DNA from: a virus | Taxonomy: Duplodnaviria; Caudoviricetes | Direction: 5' to 3' (one strand) | DNA: 28,101 nt | IMG/VR virus record: IMGVR_UViG_3300017985_000095 | Location: 1-28,101 of that record | Shown: positions 16,201 through 23,707 of the stretch, piece after piece | Position numbering within the stretch: the stretch's first letter is position 1 | How the letters are laid out: every line of letters starts with the position of its first letter | Notes under the pieces: model-generated | Databases searched by the model: none | The model's input: only the letters and a program-made list of their open reading frames with translations | What the model was told of the DNA's origin: nothing | Translations under genes and position numbers: made by a program

Positions 16201-18573
16201 AACCCATCCGATTTCTTTTGTATAAGTTGTTCTATCAGAATAATTTCTTACAAATCCGTCACTTACTTTTTTAACTATTTCAGTAATATCATATGTAAAT
16301 GTATCCTTGTATAAATGGTTTTCAAATACAATATCACCAATGTTATCAATACTGAGATACTTAAGTGGAAATCCTAATACTTTATCATTTAAACCATCAC
16401 CACGACCATATGCAAACAGTTTTGATCCAACAAAATTATTTCTTTTATATTTTGTGATATCACTGAAACTAACACCGTTAGTATCATATACATCAAATAA
16501 TGGTTCTTGATTTAATTTTGTTTTTTGTTGTGATAAAATCCAATCTGTACCATCAAAGTGATAAACTTTTCCACCTTGTGTATCGCCGTTTTCTACAACA
16601 ACTAAATGATCTTCTAATATACTTGTGTCGTTTTCAACCAAACGGATTTCGTTGTCGCCGTCGTCTTGTAGGTCTACAATTTCTACTGTATATATTTTAT
16701 TTTTTACGTTTGTATCCGTATCGTTTGCAAATATGATTTTTGAACCTTCAACCAATGCATAACCATCGTAACTATGGCTTACTGAACCATTCACATTACT
16801 TAATGCGTCAGTTGTTTCAAAATCAATAATATTAACGGGTCCTAGACTAACAGTTCCGTAATTAAAAAGTTTTAAATTAGGTTTAAATTCAATAATAGGT
16901 CTGTTTGCACGATTGTCGTTATCAAATACTGGTACAGTATTATTGTACTCTGCAGTTTTTTCAATTACTTCTTTGTGTACCCATCTGTTACTACGTGTCC
17001 ACGAGTTTAAATCATTACTTGCTCTGTTGATTGTTATGTAATCTACACCTGTAGGTGAATTTAAAGCACTATCCCATCTGTCTGAATCATAAAGTAAACT
17101 ATCAAATGGTTGTGTTTCACTTACTGTATATGTTTCGGGTACAATTAAGTCTTCTTCAGGTATTAATTTAATACTATTACCAACACCCTCAATCCAATAC
17201 TTTTTGTCCTTGTAACTAGGTGGTTCAACATTGCCTCGAAATATAATTTTTAATCCATTTGTAAATTTAACACCGTTTGGACTAGTGTAATTTGCTTTAC
17301 CTACAATATCCCGATCAACTTCAAGTCTGTTATTCTCAACGTTATCAACTAAATTTATAATTCCAAAACGATCTTCGTTTGTTGCATCTTGATAATAAAG
17401 TACATCTTGTGATGCTGTTAACACTGGAACTTGCGAAAAGAATCCTACAGTATTTTTGTAAAAACTTAGTCCAGCATATTGTTGTCCGTAACCTACGGTA
17501 AATTTAGTTAAGTTATCAATTCCTCTTATTTTTACTAACCTAATCTTTGTTGACTCGCTGGTTTCTACATATTGTATTTTATAAACACTGTATCTATCCT
17601 CAATTGAATCAATGTAAGTTGTTCTGCCATAAACTTCATCGTCGTAAGGTGTTTCATCAAACAAATCGTGTTCGATTATCCAACCAGTGCTTTCTGAATC
17701 ACCATTAGTTGTATCCAAAAATACAATTGTTTTTCCATCAAGGTCTGTGATGCCATCAATATTTTTTACATCACTTAATTCTTTACCATTTATACTATTG
17801 AACTTAGCCATAGTGACTAAATCAACATCATTAATTTCTGTTAAATTATGATAAAATTCTTGTCTATTAGATTCAGGTACTGCAAAATTAACTACACCTG
17901 TACCATTGTCCGAAACTCCGTATACATCTCTACTACTGATATTAGGTGTACTTGCTTTTACTCCACTTGTACCTGGTTCAGTTTGTATATAAAAAACACC
18001 TTGTGTTGAAATGTTAAAATTATATTCACCACCTCTTACTAAAGTTAGAGTAGGATTTTCACCTGTGACTTCGTCAAAACTAAAATAGTCGTCGTTGATT
18101 GTAACATTGTAATTATCTTCAAAATCAATCTCAGTTGCTTGTACGTCAACTGTGTCTGGACCATTTGGCATCCAGTAATATTGACTATGGTTAATAAATT
18201 TATCAAAATCAAAAAACGGAGATAGACAGTACGCTTCACTACTGAATAATCGATCATGTTTATCGACGATGGCACCTTTTGTTTTAAGTGCATCTATTAT
18301 TTCTGGGTATGTAATAACCTCTTCGGCGTCGTTATTATCATTTGTAAAAACTACACCAGTTTCCAGTTGGTAATTCGATCTTTCTACTGTTGGTTCAAGT
18401 AGATATGTGTCACCTTTATTGACACCGCTTTTAAACTTATTACCAATGTAGCCCTGAATTTGTTTTAGTTTAGGTTCTTGTACGAGTTGGTCAAGAGTGG
18501 ATGCTAAGAACTCTTTATTAGTATCTGTTTTAAAGACTTCAGGTAAAAAGTCTACTGATCTATTTCTTGCCAT
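7258..18573 (-). CDS. giant baseplate wedge protein (T4 gp7 / P2 gpI position and motifs), 3771 aa
   Basis: Directly follows gp6; N-terminal FLPEVF..EFL, internal FIGDKGT (about 12985) and YLNESKPYHT (about 10240) resemble gpI/gp7 core motifs; repeated V-x-V-NG..DY-T-V beta-sandwich units, a NAGTDY..NGSGY domain and a C-terminal RRGTAGT..H..G motif typical of large myovirus baseplate proteins. Confidence 0.75.
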   Translation of the reverse strand: MARNRSVDFLPEVFKTDTNKEFLASTLDQLVQEPKLKQIQGYIGNKFKSGVNKGDTYLLEPTVERSNYQLETGVVFTNDNNDAEEVITYPEIIDALKTKGAIVDKHDRLFSSEAYCLSPFFDFDKFINHSQYYWMPNGPDTVDVQATEIDFEDNYNVTINDDYFSFDEVTGENPTLTLVRGGEYNFNISTQGVFYIQTEPGTSGVKASTPNISSRDVYGVSDNGTGVVNFAVPESNRQEFYHNLTEINDVDLVTMAKFNSINGKELSDVKNIDGITDLDGKTIVFLDTTNGDSESTGWIIEHDLFDETPYDDEVYGRTTYIDSIEDRYSVYKIQYVETSESTKIRLVKIRGIDNLTKFTVGYGQQYAGLSFYKNTVGFFSQVPVLTASQDVLYYQDATNEDRFGIINLVDNVENNRLEVDRDIVGKANYTSPNGVKFTNGLKIIFRGNVEPPSYKDKKYWIEGVGNSIKLIPEEDLIVPETYTVSETQPFDSLLYDSDRWDSALNSPTGVDYITINRASNDLNSWTRSNRWVHKEVIEKTAEYNNTVPVFDNDNRANRPIIEFKPNLKLFNYGTVSLGPVNIIDFETTDALSNVNGSVSHSYDGYALVEGSKIIFANDTDTNVKNKIYTVEIVDLQDDGDNEIRLVENDTSILEDHLVVVENGDTQGGKVYHFDGTDWILSQQKTKLNQEPLFDVYDTNGVSFSDITKYKRNNFVGSKLFAYGRGDGLNDKVLGFPLKYLSIDNIGDIVFENHLYKDTFTYDITEIVKKVSDGFVRNYSDRTTYTKEIGWVKHVDEFVDDQIFNFVYDGKSLVLDVLLKTNINTPNIKIYVDGDYIPRSEYTVTQNLTDNTTTVVFKNEITNGADIYVQAVSDQKSNVAYYSIPFNLESNPFNENKKEFTLGTLRNHYTEIGVNLPNIEGVINGSNNTRDIFNIEQYSRNIIQNSSPIVPLGKFLHSKEFDFFESLAFASNAYEKFKLKLVDYVNKNDTYGLYAHEVLDDALKEINVGKNSLNAFYKSDMLPGSTTPVVTTYTITAITTETFNTQEVYDFTKANSKAILVYLNNNILTKDVDYTVSTESANITVLTNLSINDILVIKEYNTSVGSYIPNTPSKMGLHPTYVPKKYTDDTYDTPTNVIRGHDGSITIAYNDFRDDLLLEFEKRIYNNIKVSSDNLIPITEYDVIPGKFRETDYTDEEITSILSKSFLTWIASNRLTYKTQAYNATKEFSWNYSTAGNRLDAKALKGNWRGVYKNYFDTDTPHTTPWEMLGFSEKPSWWEEEYGPAPYTRGNLVLWDDLEAGTIKDPNNTRTDKRFARPRLTEIIPVDTKGNLLSPFEAIVNNYNSVDFKKSWVFGDQGPTETAWRRSSSYRFALQRLFALTKPAKYFSLNIDRDLYKYDNELKQYLFNERYRIDTRNITTQTITQPKNSYINWIADYHNNNGCSCVEISQQLKKTDVRLCYRMASFTDKDFLKIFIDKSTPGSTNTGLQIPDQNYNLLLHKNIPLTELQFSSVIVQKTADGYSVYGHSKTQPYFEIYRSITDSKGEVIGDYIIPTSFAKTVTTVPYGYVFTSKGGVVDFLASYGAFLEDKGMVFSYQENGTSVNWGQMAQEFINWAASDWSVGAIINLNPGAIQLEFNKELLVVDDLTKNHIDALDQNGIPLNQEDYVVTRLDNLFRIQTINNKSINLLKIKSISYEHLLVLYNTSTFNDLIYEPMTGSRQQRLRVIGFNTYEWNGLLDAQGFILNQDNVEEWQEDKYYAMGSIVKYKNSYWSSVKKLNPKTTFEFSDWKKINYKNIKKGLLPNIANKADQITQYYNKKTTNLESDVDLLAMGLIGYRPRDYLNALDDVSRVNFYTRFIGDKGTVENAEVFKNIKIDKEVTDYDLFENWAIKEATFGNSANRVFVELELNKPKLENNPAIVEVVNDQTKIEVFEGTTADASYTADTTEYTADVDRVVEIIRNPVSKKHQVIDVSDIYNQSTTHTSSNIYPVRTTQLTDTNLPTAGFVNTNDVDIALFEKTDLNGTSGIVFLNKITEGTTIWVAKDNVYDWNVYRAEQVGNIKSITENDTGVLTVVFYDAHELATNEWLVIQDLSTEVNGAYKVTKVNSTTELEISNSIETAYVQVTSDADIITTDTILYKADHTTGSTYRLVSIRTNSVADLSSGQYVSLPNDSFAWIDYNNNDKPAVYKKVDGVWTQYREQQESVDVTLFNKALLYNKNTKIKVSNLDYIDPLNGKLLGDAQQNINYITMQDPAVYTNGENTGGILWAENHVDEIWLDTTNARFLDYLASDEIYASKNYGNLFPGSTVTVKQWVKSTLPPSQYTGDGDVIDTVNYTQVSSINSANTIVQYYYFWVTNVSSVKGDKTLSTNTISSYIQQPKQSGIPYVTFINSGTVALYNCNKYLQDSILHLGFEKFKSQNNVFNEFKLIKENNKNSFLSDSTYLKLQDSLIGGNTIGLAVPDQKLSPVLQTGISFRPRQSMFVNRLDALKAYLTYVNDVLKTQIISTNKKFDKLLLNEAIPGESENEWNKKVKDLEELSYQNITTVDIGYKYLVETNSDYYGGWSIHEVVSGPKLELVRLQSYDTTRSWSYIDWYADSTIENAIFDAIVSNTSKLTSTVVEDGKYIKVESNSDGKFEIYQYTNQNYIRVGLEDGTIAFNESLWSGNSTQDNITVDSSIFTTDIIYNTVDTGTNGNELRNIIKAINEDLFTGDLLIERNKSLIILFNYILQEQSNIDWLTKTSFVDVEQKIRKLIEYKSYKKDDQIFLQNYLNESKPYHTTIKDFLLKYDGNDQYNTDTIDFDCPSYFDSTFNKYISPVLDYDGVILKSDQSNFNEDGIGLKETNYNIWELTPWNNWFDNRLLSIKEFKIVNAGTDYTEVPKIIVTGGGATTQSTAVARINNSGNLTQVTLVTNGSGYLTTPTITVQGNGINAKVIPILENKTVRTIDTTLKFDRLEYDYTVVDWTKNTTLRTTIDDTSVTVDVDTLTADSYDAVYESGQLVRYENKVYTHNVTRAFKEKFLLDDFTKVDSNTLNSTDRTMGYYTPTVDMAGLNLPMLIDGIEYPGVQVKDLEFTDTTSSLDSELKSAFVDLYVGTNASDIITNGGEFIDQYSSHSPEELTPGSCFDTLDLKVHTRPGYDYRDNGHGFAADYIRHTYTTAGTNTFTFKNVVEHPISVIIINGTTGRRLHVDEDYTIDWTNQTITVIDNAFDQDIIQINVYEIGGGNQLYRNTYNGAEFGKQLNIPVNVQEIYEILVTVNGDVLESGYSSTADGKLTVDNTLTTADSSVTVDKVSTVENSITTITFTTNYSTSDFITVTVFGFDGENYDWSYPINSHYDPYTVDTTKTTADITTLTVDSEGFNLSNDVYINGRNKMCAIVENNGYRLRPPEGVRYDGDGLETDFRLSTTGDIDHTLVSNSEIVVFVGNEKQTLSTDYNVISVVDGSTTYKEVSFTTAPANGTIVDVYTTHAADYTIDDAGILRIDSSVGVVGNDHIEVTTFNDTDQQDLLTNVFVGPTTVTTPIIELFDSGAFDSVGFDYVSTSASDTNLFDVGRDISNDNRLWVTVNGEFLLADTDYYVSGTKILIAGTLLSPTDVVVITSFTSNLVPDAISFRWFKDMNGNVAMYKMDDYHIEKLKYDVTADADIMYLENTANMPVPNLTLGNFGIVMIGAERVTYRELDTVNHTISGLRRGTAGTAAAPHTKGTQVEDFSRKHLIENTEKESITLGSDTSTSSYVGDSIFYASGSNTASNGIALQNQTTTQANFIKNVNI
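8506..12768 (-). repeat. six dispersed protein-level cassettes of three or four T-x-D units spaced 6-7 aa
   Basis: 12721-12768 TADASYTADTTEYTAD; 12151-12201 TSDADIITTDTILYKAD; 10507-10557 TVDSSIFTTDIIYNTVD; 9607-9657 TIDDTSVTVDVDTLTAD; 8704-8769 TADGKLTVDNTLTTADSSVTVD; 8506-8556 TVDTTKTTADITTLTVD. Confidence 0.8.
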
Positions 18574-18574
18574 T

Positions 18575-21500
18575 CTAACTTCCGTTTAGTGTACTTTGAC
18601 TTAAGTTTTCAACAATAACTACATCGTTCACTGTTAAAGCATTAACAAATATTTCATTTGCGGCACTTCTAATTTCGTAAAGATCACCGAAACGTTTACC
18701 AGTATCTTTTGAAGTAATTACAACACTACCTATAATTGTTCCCAATTGTTCGTGTAAGAAAGCACTCAGCTCACTAAAGTAGAATGTATCTCCAAAACTC
18801 CAATTATCGATTTCGAAATATTCGTTGATAGCACTTACTACTTGACTTTTTATTTCACTTTCACTTATGATTGTGTTAGGAACTTTGACTACTTCAATAT
18901 TTGCACGTAGGTCACTACTTGCTTTATCTCCAAACAATGGTTTGAATTCAACACTGTTAAGAACTATGTTGTCACTCAACATTTTTTTATCTTGTAAAGT
19001 TGTATAAGCAGTTGTTAATTCATTAATTGTTGGTTTTGTAGGTTCTGTTATTGTTCCAGTCGTGTCTTGAACATAATTTGTGTAGTTGTTGTAATAAGAT
19101 TCTGTAACTAAGTACATATCTATAATATTAGTTAAACCTGGATTTATTCTTTGTGTATTTCCACTATTGTGTCTGTATTGGAAATACAAGTCTTGTCTCC
19201 CTGATTTTAAACTTAAATCACTTACTACTTTTAGCTCACCACTTACAAGTTTTCTAAATTTGTTAGTTTCGTTACTAAAATAAAAAAGTTGGTTTTCACT
19301 GTAACTACTTAATGCTAAATCGGAATCTGTAGTTTCAGTAAAGTCGGTTACTACACTACCAGTTTCTAGTGGTAATTCTCTTTCCAAATTATCTGCGTCA
19401 GTTATTTTTTGTAAAAATACTTGTCCATTACTTGGTGATAAGTCGGTAAAGAAATCTGGATTATCCGCAACACCGTCATTGTCGTCGTCTGTATAACTTA
19501 CTTCCACTAAGTAATCATTTATAAATCCGTCAGACAATACTGGTTGGTCAATAATATCAAGTTTAATATCAGTACTTAATTGTGCATTACTATTTGGTTT
19601 TGAATTTGTTTTAATAACATTAATAAAGTCATTAACTACTTGTCCTGTATTTGGATCATAAATCTTATCTTTCTTGTTATAGAAAAATCTATTTTGAATA
19701 ATACTACTGAAATAATAGTTAAGTGTTCTATTAGTAACTGTGTATATATTATCTACGGCAGTAAGTTTTACAAACCAACTTGCGTCAATACCGGTTCCAC
19801 TTGTATCTCCTGCATTTGTTAAATCAAAGTCTCCAGTCTTTTCTATATTTGTGCTTGAAATAATATACCATTCACCATCTTCATTGTTGTAGCCTAATCC
19901 AAAATCGTTATATAGTTCTACTTGATCTAATATGTCTTGTTCTAAGCTTAGAGGTAAATCCGTATTGAATACAGGAATGATACTTGTTGGAACAGCATTA
20001 GTAGGAATGAAATCACTAATAACAACTGGTCCGACTCCATCGTCATCATCTCCAGTTCCAAAGTTTGTTCCGTCTAGTGTTACACTTTTTATACTTGTCC
20101 AGATTTCAGTTTTGTCCGACGCACTTAGTTCACTCTTTTGTTTTAGTCTGTTGTTCTCATCAAAATAGTAATCACCGTTGCTGTCACTATCTGGAGTCGT
20201 GAACTTAATTAATGAATTTTTTTCAATCCATTTTCTATTATCACTTACATAATCTTTGCCGATACCTAAAGGACTACCTGATGTATCCATAAAGTAACCA
20301 GTAGTTTCGTTTGTAGATCTTGTACTTTGATTCCACTGTATATCGATACTTGTTAATGACTTTCTAGTGAATTCATTATGGTACAAGTGTACTGTTCCTC
20401 TGTTTGCTAAAACAGGTTCAATTTGATTTCTAATTACATCATTAATATCGTTCTTGTCATCAAAACTGAATTTAAAACTATCTTCTGTCGTGTCTTTATA
20501 TAAAACACCATCACTATTTAAAGTATTAATACTTGAATACTTACCAGTAGGATCTACTAAATCTAAATATCTACTTGTTCCAATATTACTTCTTACTATC
20601 GCCTTACTTTTAATAATACTACTGTATGCGGTGTATGGATAATTGTTATAGTCTTCACCATTTACCATCCTGTCTTGAGTATAAAATCTTGCAGGTGCAT
20701 TACGTTTAATATCTTCAATACTTTCTTTACTAGATGAGTTACTTACATTTTGTGTAAGTGACATCGTGAACACAGCTGTTTCATTTCTTCCAGTTCTACC
20801 GATATACGGAACACTGATTGATACACCAGAGATATCACTTTTGTTTATTGTGTAGTCACGACCGTTACTAACACGAACAAACGTTCTGAAAAAACCTAAT
20901 GGAATTTCACCAAATGCATCATCACCAAAGTTGTAAGTTATTTGATCGTTTGCTCTACTTGTTGTGCTAAAATATTTCTTTTCGTCTTGTGTTTCTTGTT
21001 CACTTCTTGGTGAATATATATTTTCTACTTCTTGCCATTCAGCGATTACCTCACCATTTGATTTATCAATTTCATATAACCAAATGTCATTATTGTTAAT
21101 ACCTTCGACATTTACATCAATACTTCTATTTGCAATCTTTTCATTGATTGTGAAATCTTTATTTGTTAATGTGCCTTGTTTAAAATGGAAAAAGAATCCA
21201 GTATTTGCACTGTTAAAACCTTGCTTATCATTCCTGTATAGGAAGTTAAATTCACCATTTAAAACTGGAGGTGGTTCATATAATGATTCACTGTTTGCTG
21301 AAGTCGCACTAACGACTTCGAAGTTCATACTTGTTCCATTGATATTACTAGTAAATGGAATAACAGGTATTAGATTTTTTGCTAAGTTGACAGTATATTC
21401 ATCAGTGTCTATACCTAAGATAGTTGCACTTCTTCCTGGGTTATTAATTTTTTGACTATTAATTAGTAAAGCATTTAGTACACTGTTAAATTGATCTTGC

Positions 21501-21955
21501 CAATCTATATTAGTACTATCGTTCCAACGGACTTTTACATTTGCTAAATTTATTCCGTTGTAATCTGTAATATTTTCTGTTGTAGTGACACTGGTAATTT
21601 TTAAAAAACCTGATGCATTTTCATTACGTTTTGGTGTGTAACTTACTAGGTCAGCTAACCTTACAACACTATCTCTACGTTCTGCGCTGTCTAAAAAGTT
21701 CTCGCGTGTGTTAAGATCTTGTCTGTATGACAGTGCTTGCCCCATAAATGCGATGACATCAAGCAAAGCAATAAATTCCGAAGATTCGACGTAATCATTG
21801 AAATCTTCTGGGTAGTTTTGTCTGATGTAATCTACAAAACTTTTACGTAATGTTTCAAAGTTGTAACTTTGGAAATCAGCTTGGTTGTAAGTTTTATATA
21901 AACTACGCCAATCTTCTAATCCAAATATATTTGTTTGTCTTGAACTTGTTGCCAT
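18575..21955 (-). CDS. gp6: baseplate wedge subunit, T4 gp6-like
   Basis: 1126 aa; DFQSYNFETLRKSFVDY..DFNDY..SS..ALLDVIA..D...ENFLDSA..RDSVVRLA..SYTPK and ESIEDIKRNAP..F..QDRMV..EDY are gp6/baseplate-J hallmarks; C-terminal INEYFEIDNWSFGDTFYFSEL. Confidence 0.92.
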   Translation of the reverse strand: MATSSRQTNIFGLEDWRSLYKTYNQADFQSYNFETLRKSFVDYIRQNYPEDFNDYVESSEFIALLDVIAFMGQALSYRQDLNTRENFLDSAERRDSVVRLADLVSYTPKRNENASGFLKITSVTTTENITDYNGINLANVKVRWNDSTNIDWQDQFNSVLNALLINSQKINNPGRSATILGIDTDEYTVNLAKNLIPVIPFTSNINGTSMNFEVVSATSANSESLYEPPPVLNGEFNFLYRNDKQGFNSANTGFFFHFKQGTLTNKDFTINEKIANRSIDVNVEGINNNDIWLYEIDKSNGEVIAEWQEVENIYSPRSEQETQDEKKYFSTTSRANDQITYNFGDDAFGEIPLGFFRTFVRVSNGRDYTINKSDISGVSISVPYIGRTGRNETAVFTMSLTQNVSNSSSKESIEDIKRNAPARFYTQDRMVNGEDYNNYPYTAYSSIIKSKAIVRSNIGTSRYLDLVDPTGKYSSINTLNSDGVLYKDTTEDSFKFSFDDKNDINDVIRNQIEPVLANRGTVHLYHNEFTRKSLTSIDIQWNQSTRSTNETTGYFMDTSGSPLGIGKDYVSDNRKWIEKNSLIKFTTPDSDSNGDYYFDENNRLKQKSELSASDKTEIWTSIKSVTLDGTNFGTGDDDDGVGPVVISDFIPTNAVPTSIIPVFNTDLPLSLEQDILDQVELYNDFGLGYNNEDGEWYIISSTNIEKTGDFDLTNAGDTSGTGIDASWFVKLTAVDNIYTVTNRTLNYYFSSIIQNRFFYNKKDKIYDPNTGQVVNDFINVIKTNSKPNSNAQLSTDIKLDIIDQPVLSDGFINDYLVEVSYTDDDNDGVADNPDFFTDLSPSNGQVFLQKITDADNLERELPLETGSVVTDFTETTDSDLALSSYSENQLFYFSNETNKFRKLVSGELKVVSDLSLKSGRQDLYFQYRHNSGNTQRINPGLTNIIDMYLVTESYYNNYTNYVQDTTGTITEPTKPTINELTTAYTTLQDKKMLSDNIVLNSVEFKPLFGDKASSDLRANIEVVKVPNTIISESEIKSQVVSAINEYFEIDNWSFGDTFYFSELSAFLHEQLGTIIGSVVITSKDTGKRFGDLYEIRSAANEIFVNALTVNDVVIVENLSQSTLNGS

Positions 21956-21979
21956 ACTAACTAAAAAATAACTTTCTGT

Positions 21980-21987
21980 TATTTATG
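21980..21987 (-). promoter_or_regulatory. late-promoter-like CATAAATA upstream of gp6
   Basis: 7/8 match to TATAAATA in the 52-nt gap, 24 nt before the ATG at 21955. Confidence 0.65.
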
Positions 21988-22007
21988 ACATTTAAAAACT
22001 ACGTATA

Positions 22008-22385
22008 TTATGATGAATAAGATACTGTGTTACTTCTTTCGTCAAATTCAAGTATTAATACTTCTAAATTTACATCAGGGTAAATTCTCGTACCAATTTC
22101 AACAATAACACTATGTTGTTTATACTCAATGTTGATATCTTCGAAAGTTAATCTTTTGTCAAGTTCAGCTAAACGCATGATCTCGTTTTTTATTTTTCTT
22201 ATGGTATCTTCGGTATTAGGTTCAAAAACAAAATTCCATATGGTAGTTCCAACTTCTGGTCTGTTTGGCATTTCACCTTGTTTTATATGCAAAAGATTTA
22301 AAAAATCTCTTTTTACTAATTCTTTATCAGTAAGTTTAAAATTTTTTACTCTGTCAATTGTACTAAAACCTGTGTAGTTAGCCAT
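22008..22385 (-). CDS. gp25: baseplate wedge / sheath-initiation protein, gp25-like
   Basis: 125 aa; LVKRDFLNLLHIKQGEMPNRPEVGTTIWNFVFEP..I..EI....DKRL fits the gp25/GPW pattern; between spike and gp6. Confidence 0.9.
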   Translation of the reverse strand: MANYTGFSTIDRVKNFKLTDKELVKRDFLNLLHIKQGEMPNRPEVGTTIWNFVFEPNTEDTIRKIKNEIMRLAELDKRLTFEDINIEYKQHSVIVEIGTRIYPDVNLEVLILEFDERSNTVSYSS

Positions 22386-23707
22386 TATGAATATTTGGGT
22401 GGTTGGACTTTACTGTTATTTATTAATGTTACAATTTGCTTATCTAATGTGTCTCTATCAATTGGTGTTATTCCAGTATCTCCTACACCATGATTAGCAT
22501 ATGGTTCGTGTGTTGGAACTACTGTACAGATTGAACTTAAATCGTCACTCTCGGTAGCTGCCCAACCATCGTCTGTCAATTCAACATCTTTATAATCGTT
22601 TGAAGTTGTTGTAGTTGTACTTGCACCACTCTTGTTTAAATCAATTTGTTTAGCACCTATGTTTGTATTTCCCTTAGACTCTGTATTAAAAGTATTGTTT
22701 GCTTTTATGTTTACATCATTACCAGCATTGATGTTTATGTCTTCGTCTGCATGTAAATTAATTGTACCTTGTGTTCTCACATTAACAGAATTTGTACTAA
22801 ACACATCTATGTTTCCTGCTTTACCTAATTCAATCCAAGACTGACCATTAGCATGTGTAATATAAAAAGTTTCTCCGTCATCACTCATTGTTATTTGATG
22901 TCCTAAGCTTGTACGCAAACGCATTAACTGGTTACTTCCTTCCAAATCACCATCGTCCATTACAATTGAATGACCACCTCTACGTCCAATAATTTTTACA
23001 TCGTCGGGGTCTGCAGTTTCACTTGCTATATTATTTTCTAATGTTGTTTTTGCATTTGTGTCATACATTCCATTTGCGTAGATCGGACGACCTGGAGTGC
23101 TTATACCAAATACTTTACTTGGACTTTCACGCTGTGATGAACTATCAATTGGACCACGTATTGTGTCGTTTTGTAATCCTTGTTGGTACATTGTTGCAAT
23201 AACTGATTTATGTTCAGGTTTCTCACGATCATAAAATCTTGTATCTTCAGTTATTTCTTTATTTTTAATATTGATTTCAGTTACATTATTTGCTAATGCA
23301 GGAACCATATTTGTGAGTCCATTCTCAGGAATACATCCAGTGTAGTAACCGTAACTTGGATCGCCATTAACGAAAAAACACATAACTTTAGTACCGATGT
23401 CTGGTGATGTAAACCACATTCCATAACTGTGTGTATTGCCAACAAACGTACCAGTTCCTTCACTTGTTCCGTTATGTTCTACTTTACCATAATATGGTGT
23501 TAGATAACTAACTGTTCTCCACCCTGTTGGGTCGTCTTGACTAAGTTTACTAAATTCCTGTATGTAGACTTGTATTCGTCCTGATCTATTTGGATCCGCA
23601 TTGTTTTTTACAATCCCAATAAAGGGTCCACTTTCAGAAGCCATTCCTCCACGGTCTAGTTTATAGCCTGCTGTACGTCCTCTGTTTTTAATAATATTAT
23701 CTGCCAT
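22385..23707 (-). CDS. gp5: baseplate central spike, gp5/gpV-like (OB fold plus short beta-helix, no lysozyme)
   Basis: 440 aa; GIVKNNADPNRSGRIQV..GMWFTSPDIGTKVMCFFVNGD OB-fold signature; GHSIVMDD, GHQITMSD, GQSWIEL antiparallel repeats, then 8-residue beta-helix repeats (GTINLHAD-EDININAG-NDVNIKAN). Confidence 0.88.
   Translation of the reverse strand: MADNIIKNRGRTAGYKLDRGGMASESGPFIGIVKNNADPNRSGRIQVYIQEFSKLSQDDPTGWRTVSYLTPYYGKVEHNGTSEGTGTFVGNTHSYGMWFTSPDIGTKVMCFFVNGDPSYGYYTGCIPENGLTNMVPALANNVTEINIKNKEITEDTRFYDREKPEHKSVIATMYQQGLQNDTIRGPIDSSSQRESPSKVFGISTPGRPIYANGMYDTNAKTTLENNIASETADPDDVKIIGRRGGHSIVMDDGDLEGSNQLMRLRTSLGHQITMSDDGETFYITHANGQSWIELGKAGNIDVFSTNSVNVRTQGTINLHADEDININAGNDVNIKANNTFNTESKGNTNIGAKQIDLNKSGASTTTTTSNDYKDVELTDDGWAATESDDLSSICTVVPTHEPYANHGVGDTGITPIDRDTLDKQIVTLINNSKVQPPKYS

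Noticed and set aside
13935-18293. Alternate-frame minus-strand ORFs 13935..14150 and 18045..18293
   Set aside because: Short, nested out of frame in the giant gene, with no motif or regulatory support.
7258-18573. Intein or intron explaining the size of the giant gene
   Set aside because: No intein splice-junction or homing endonuclease motifs were recognised, and the frame is uninterrupted.
21962-21984. Inverted repeat AAATAAC-AGAAA-GTTATTT followed by a T run upstream of gp6
   Set aside because: Stem has a single G-C pair and overlaps the promoter motif; too weak to call a terminator or operator.
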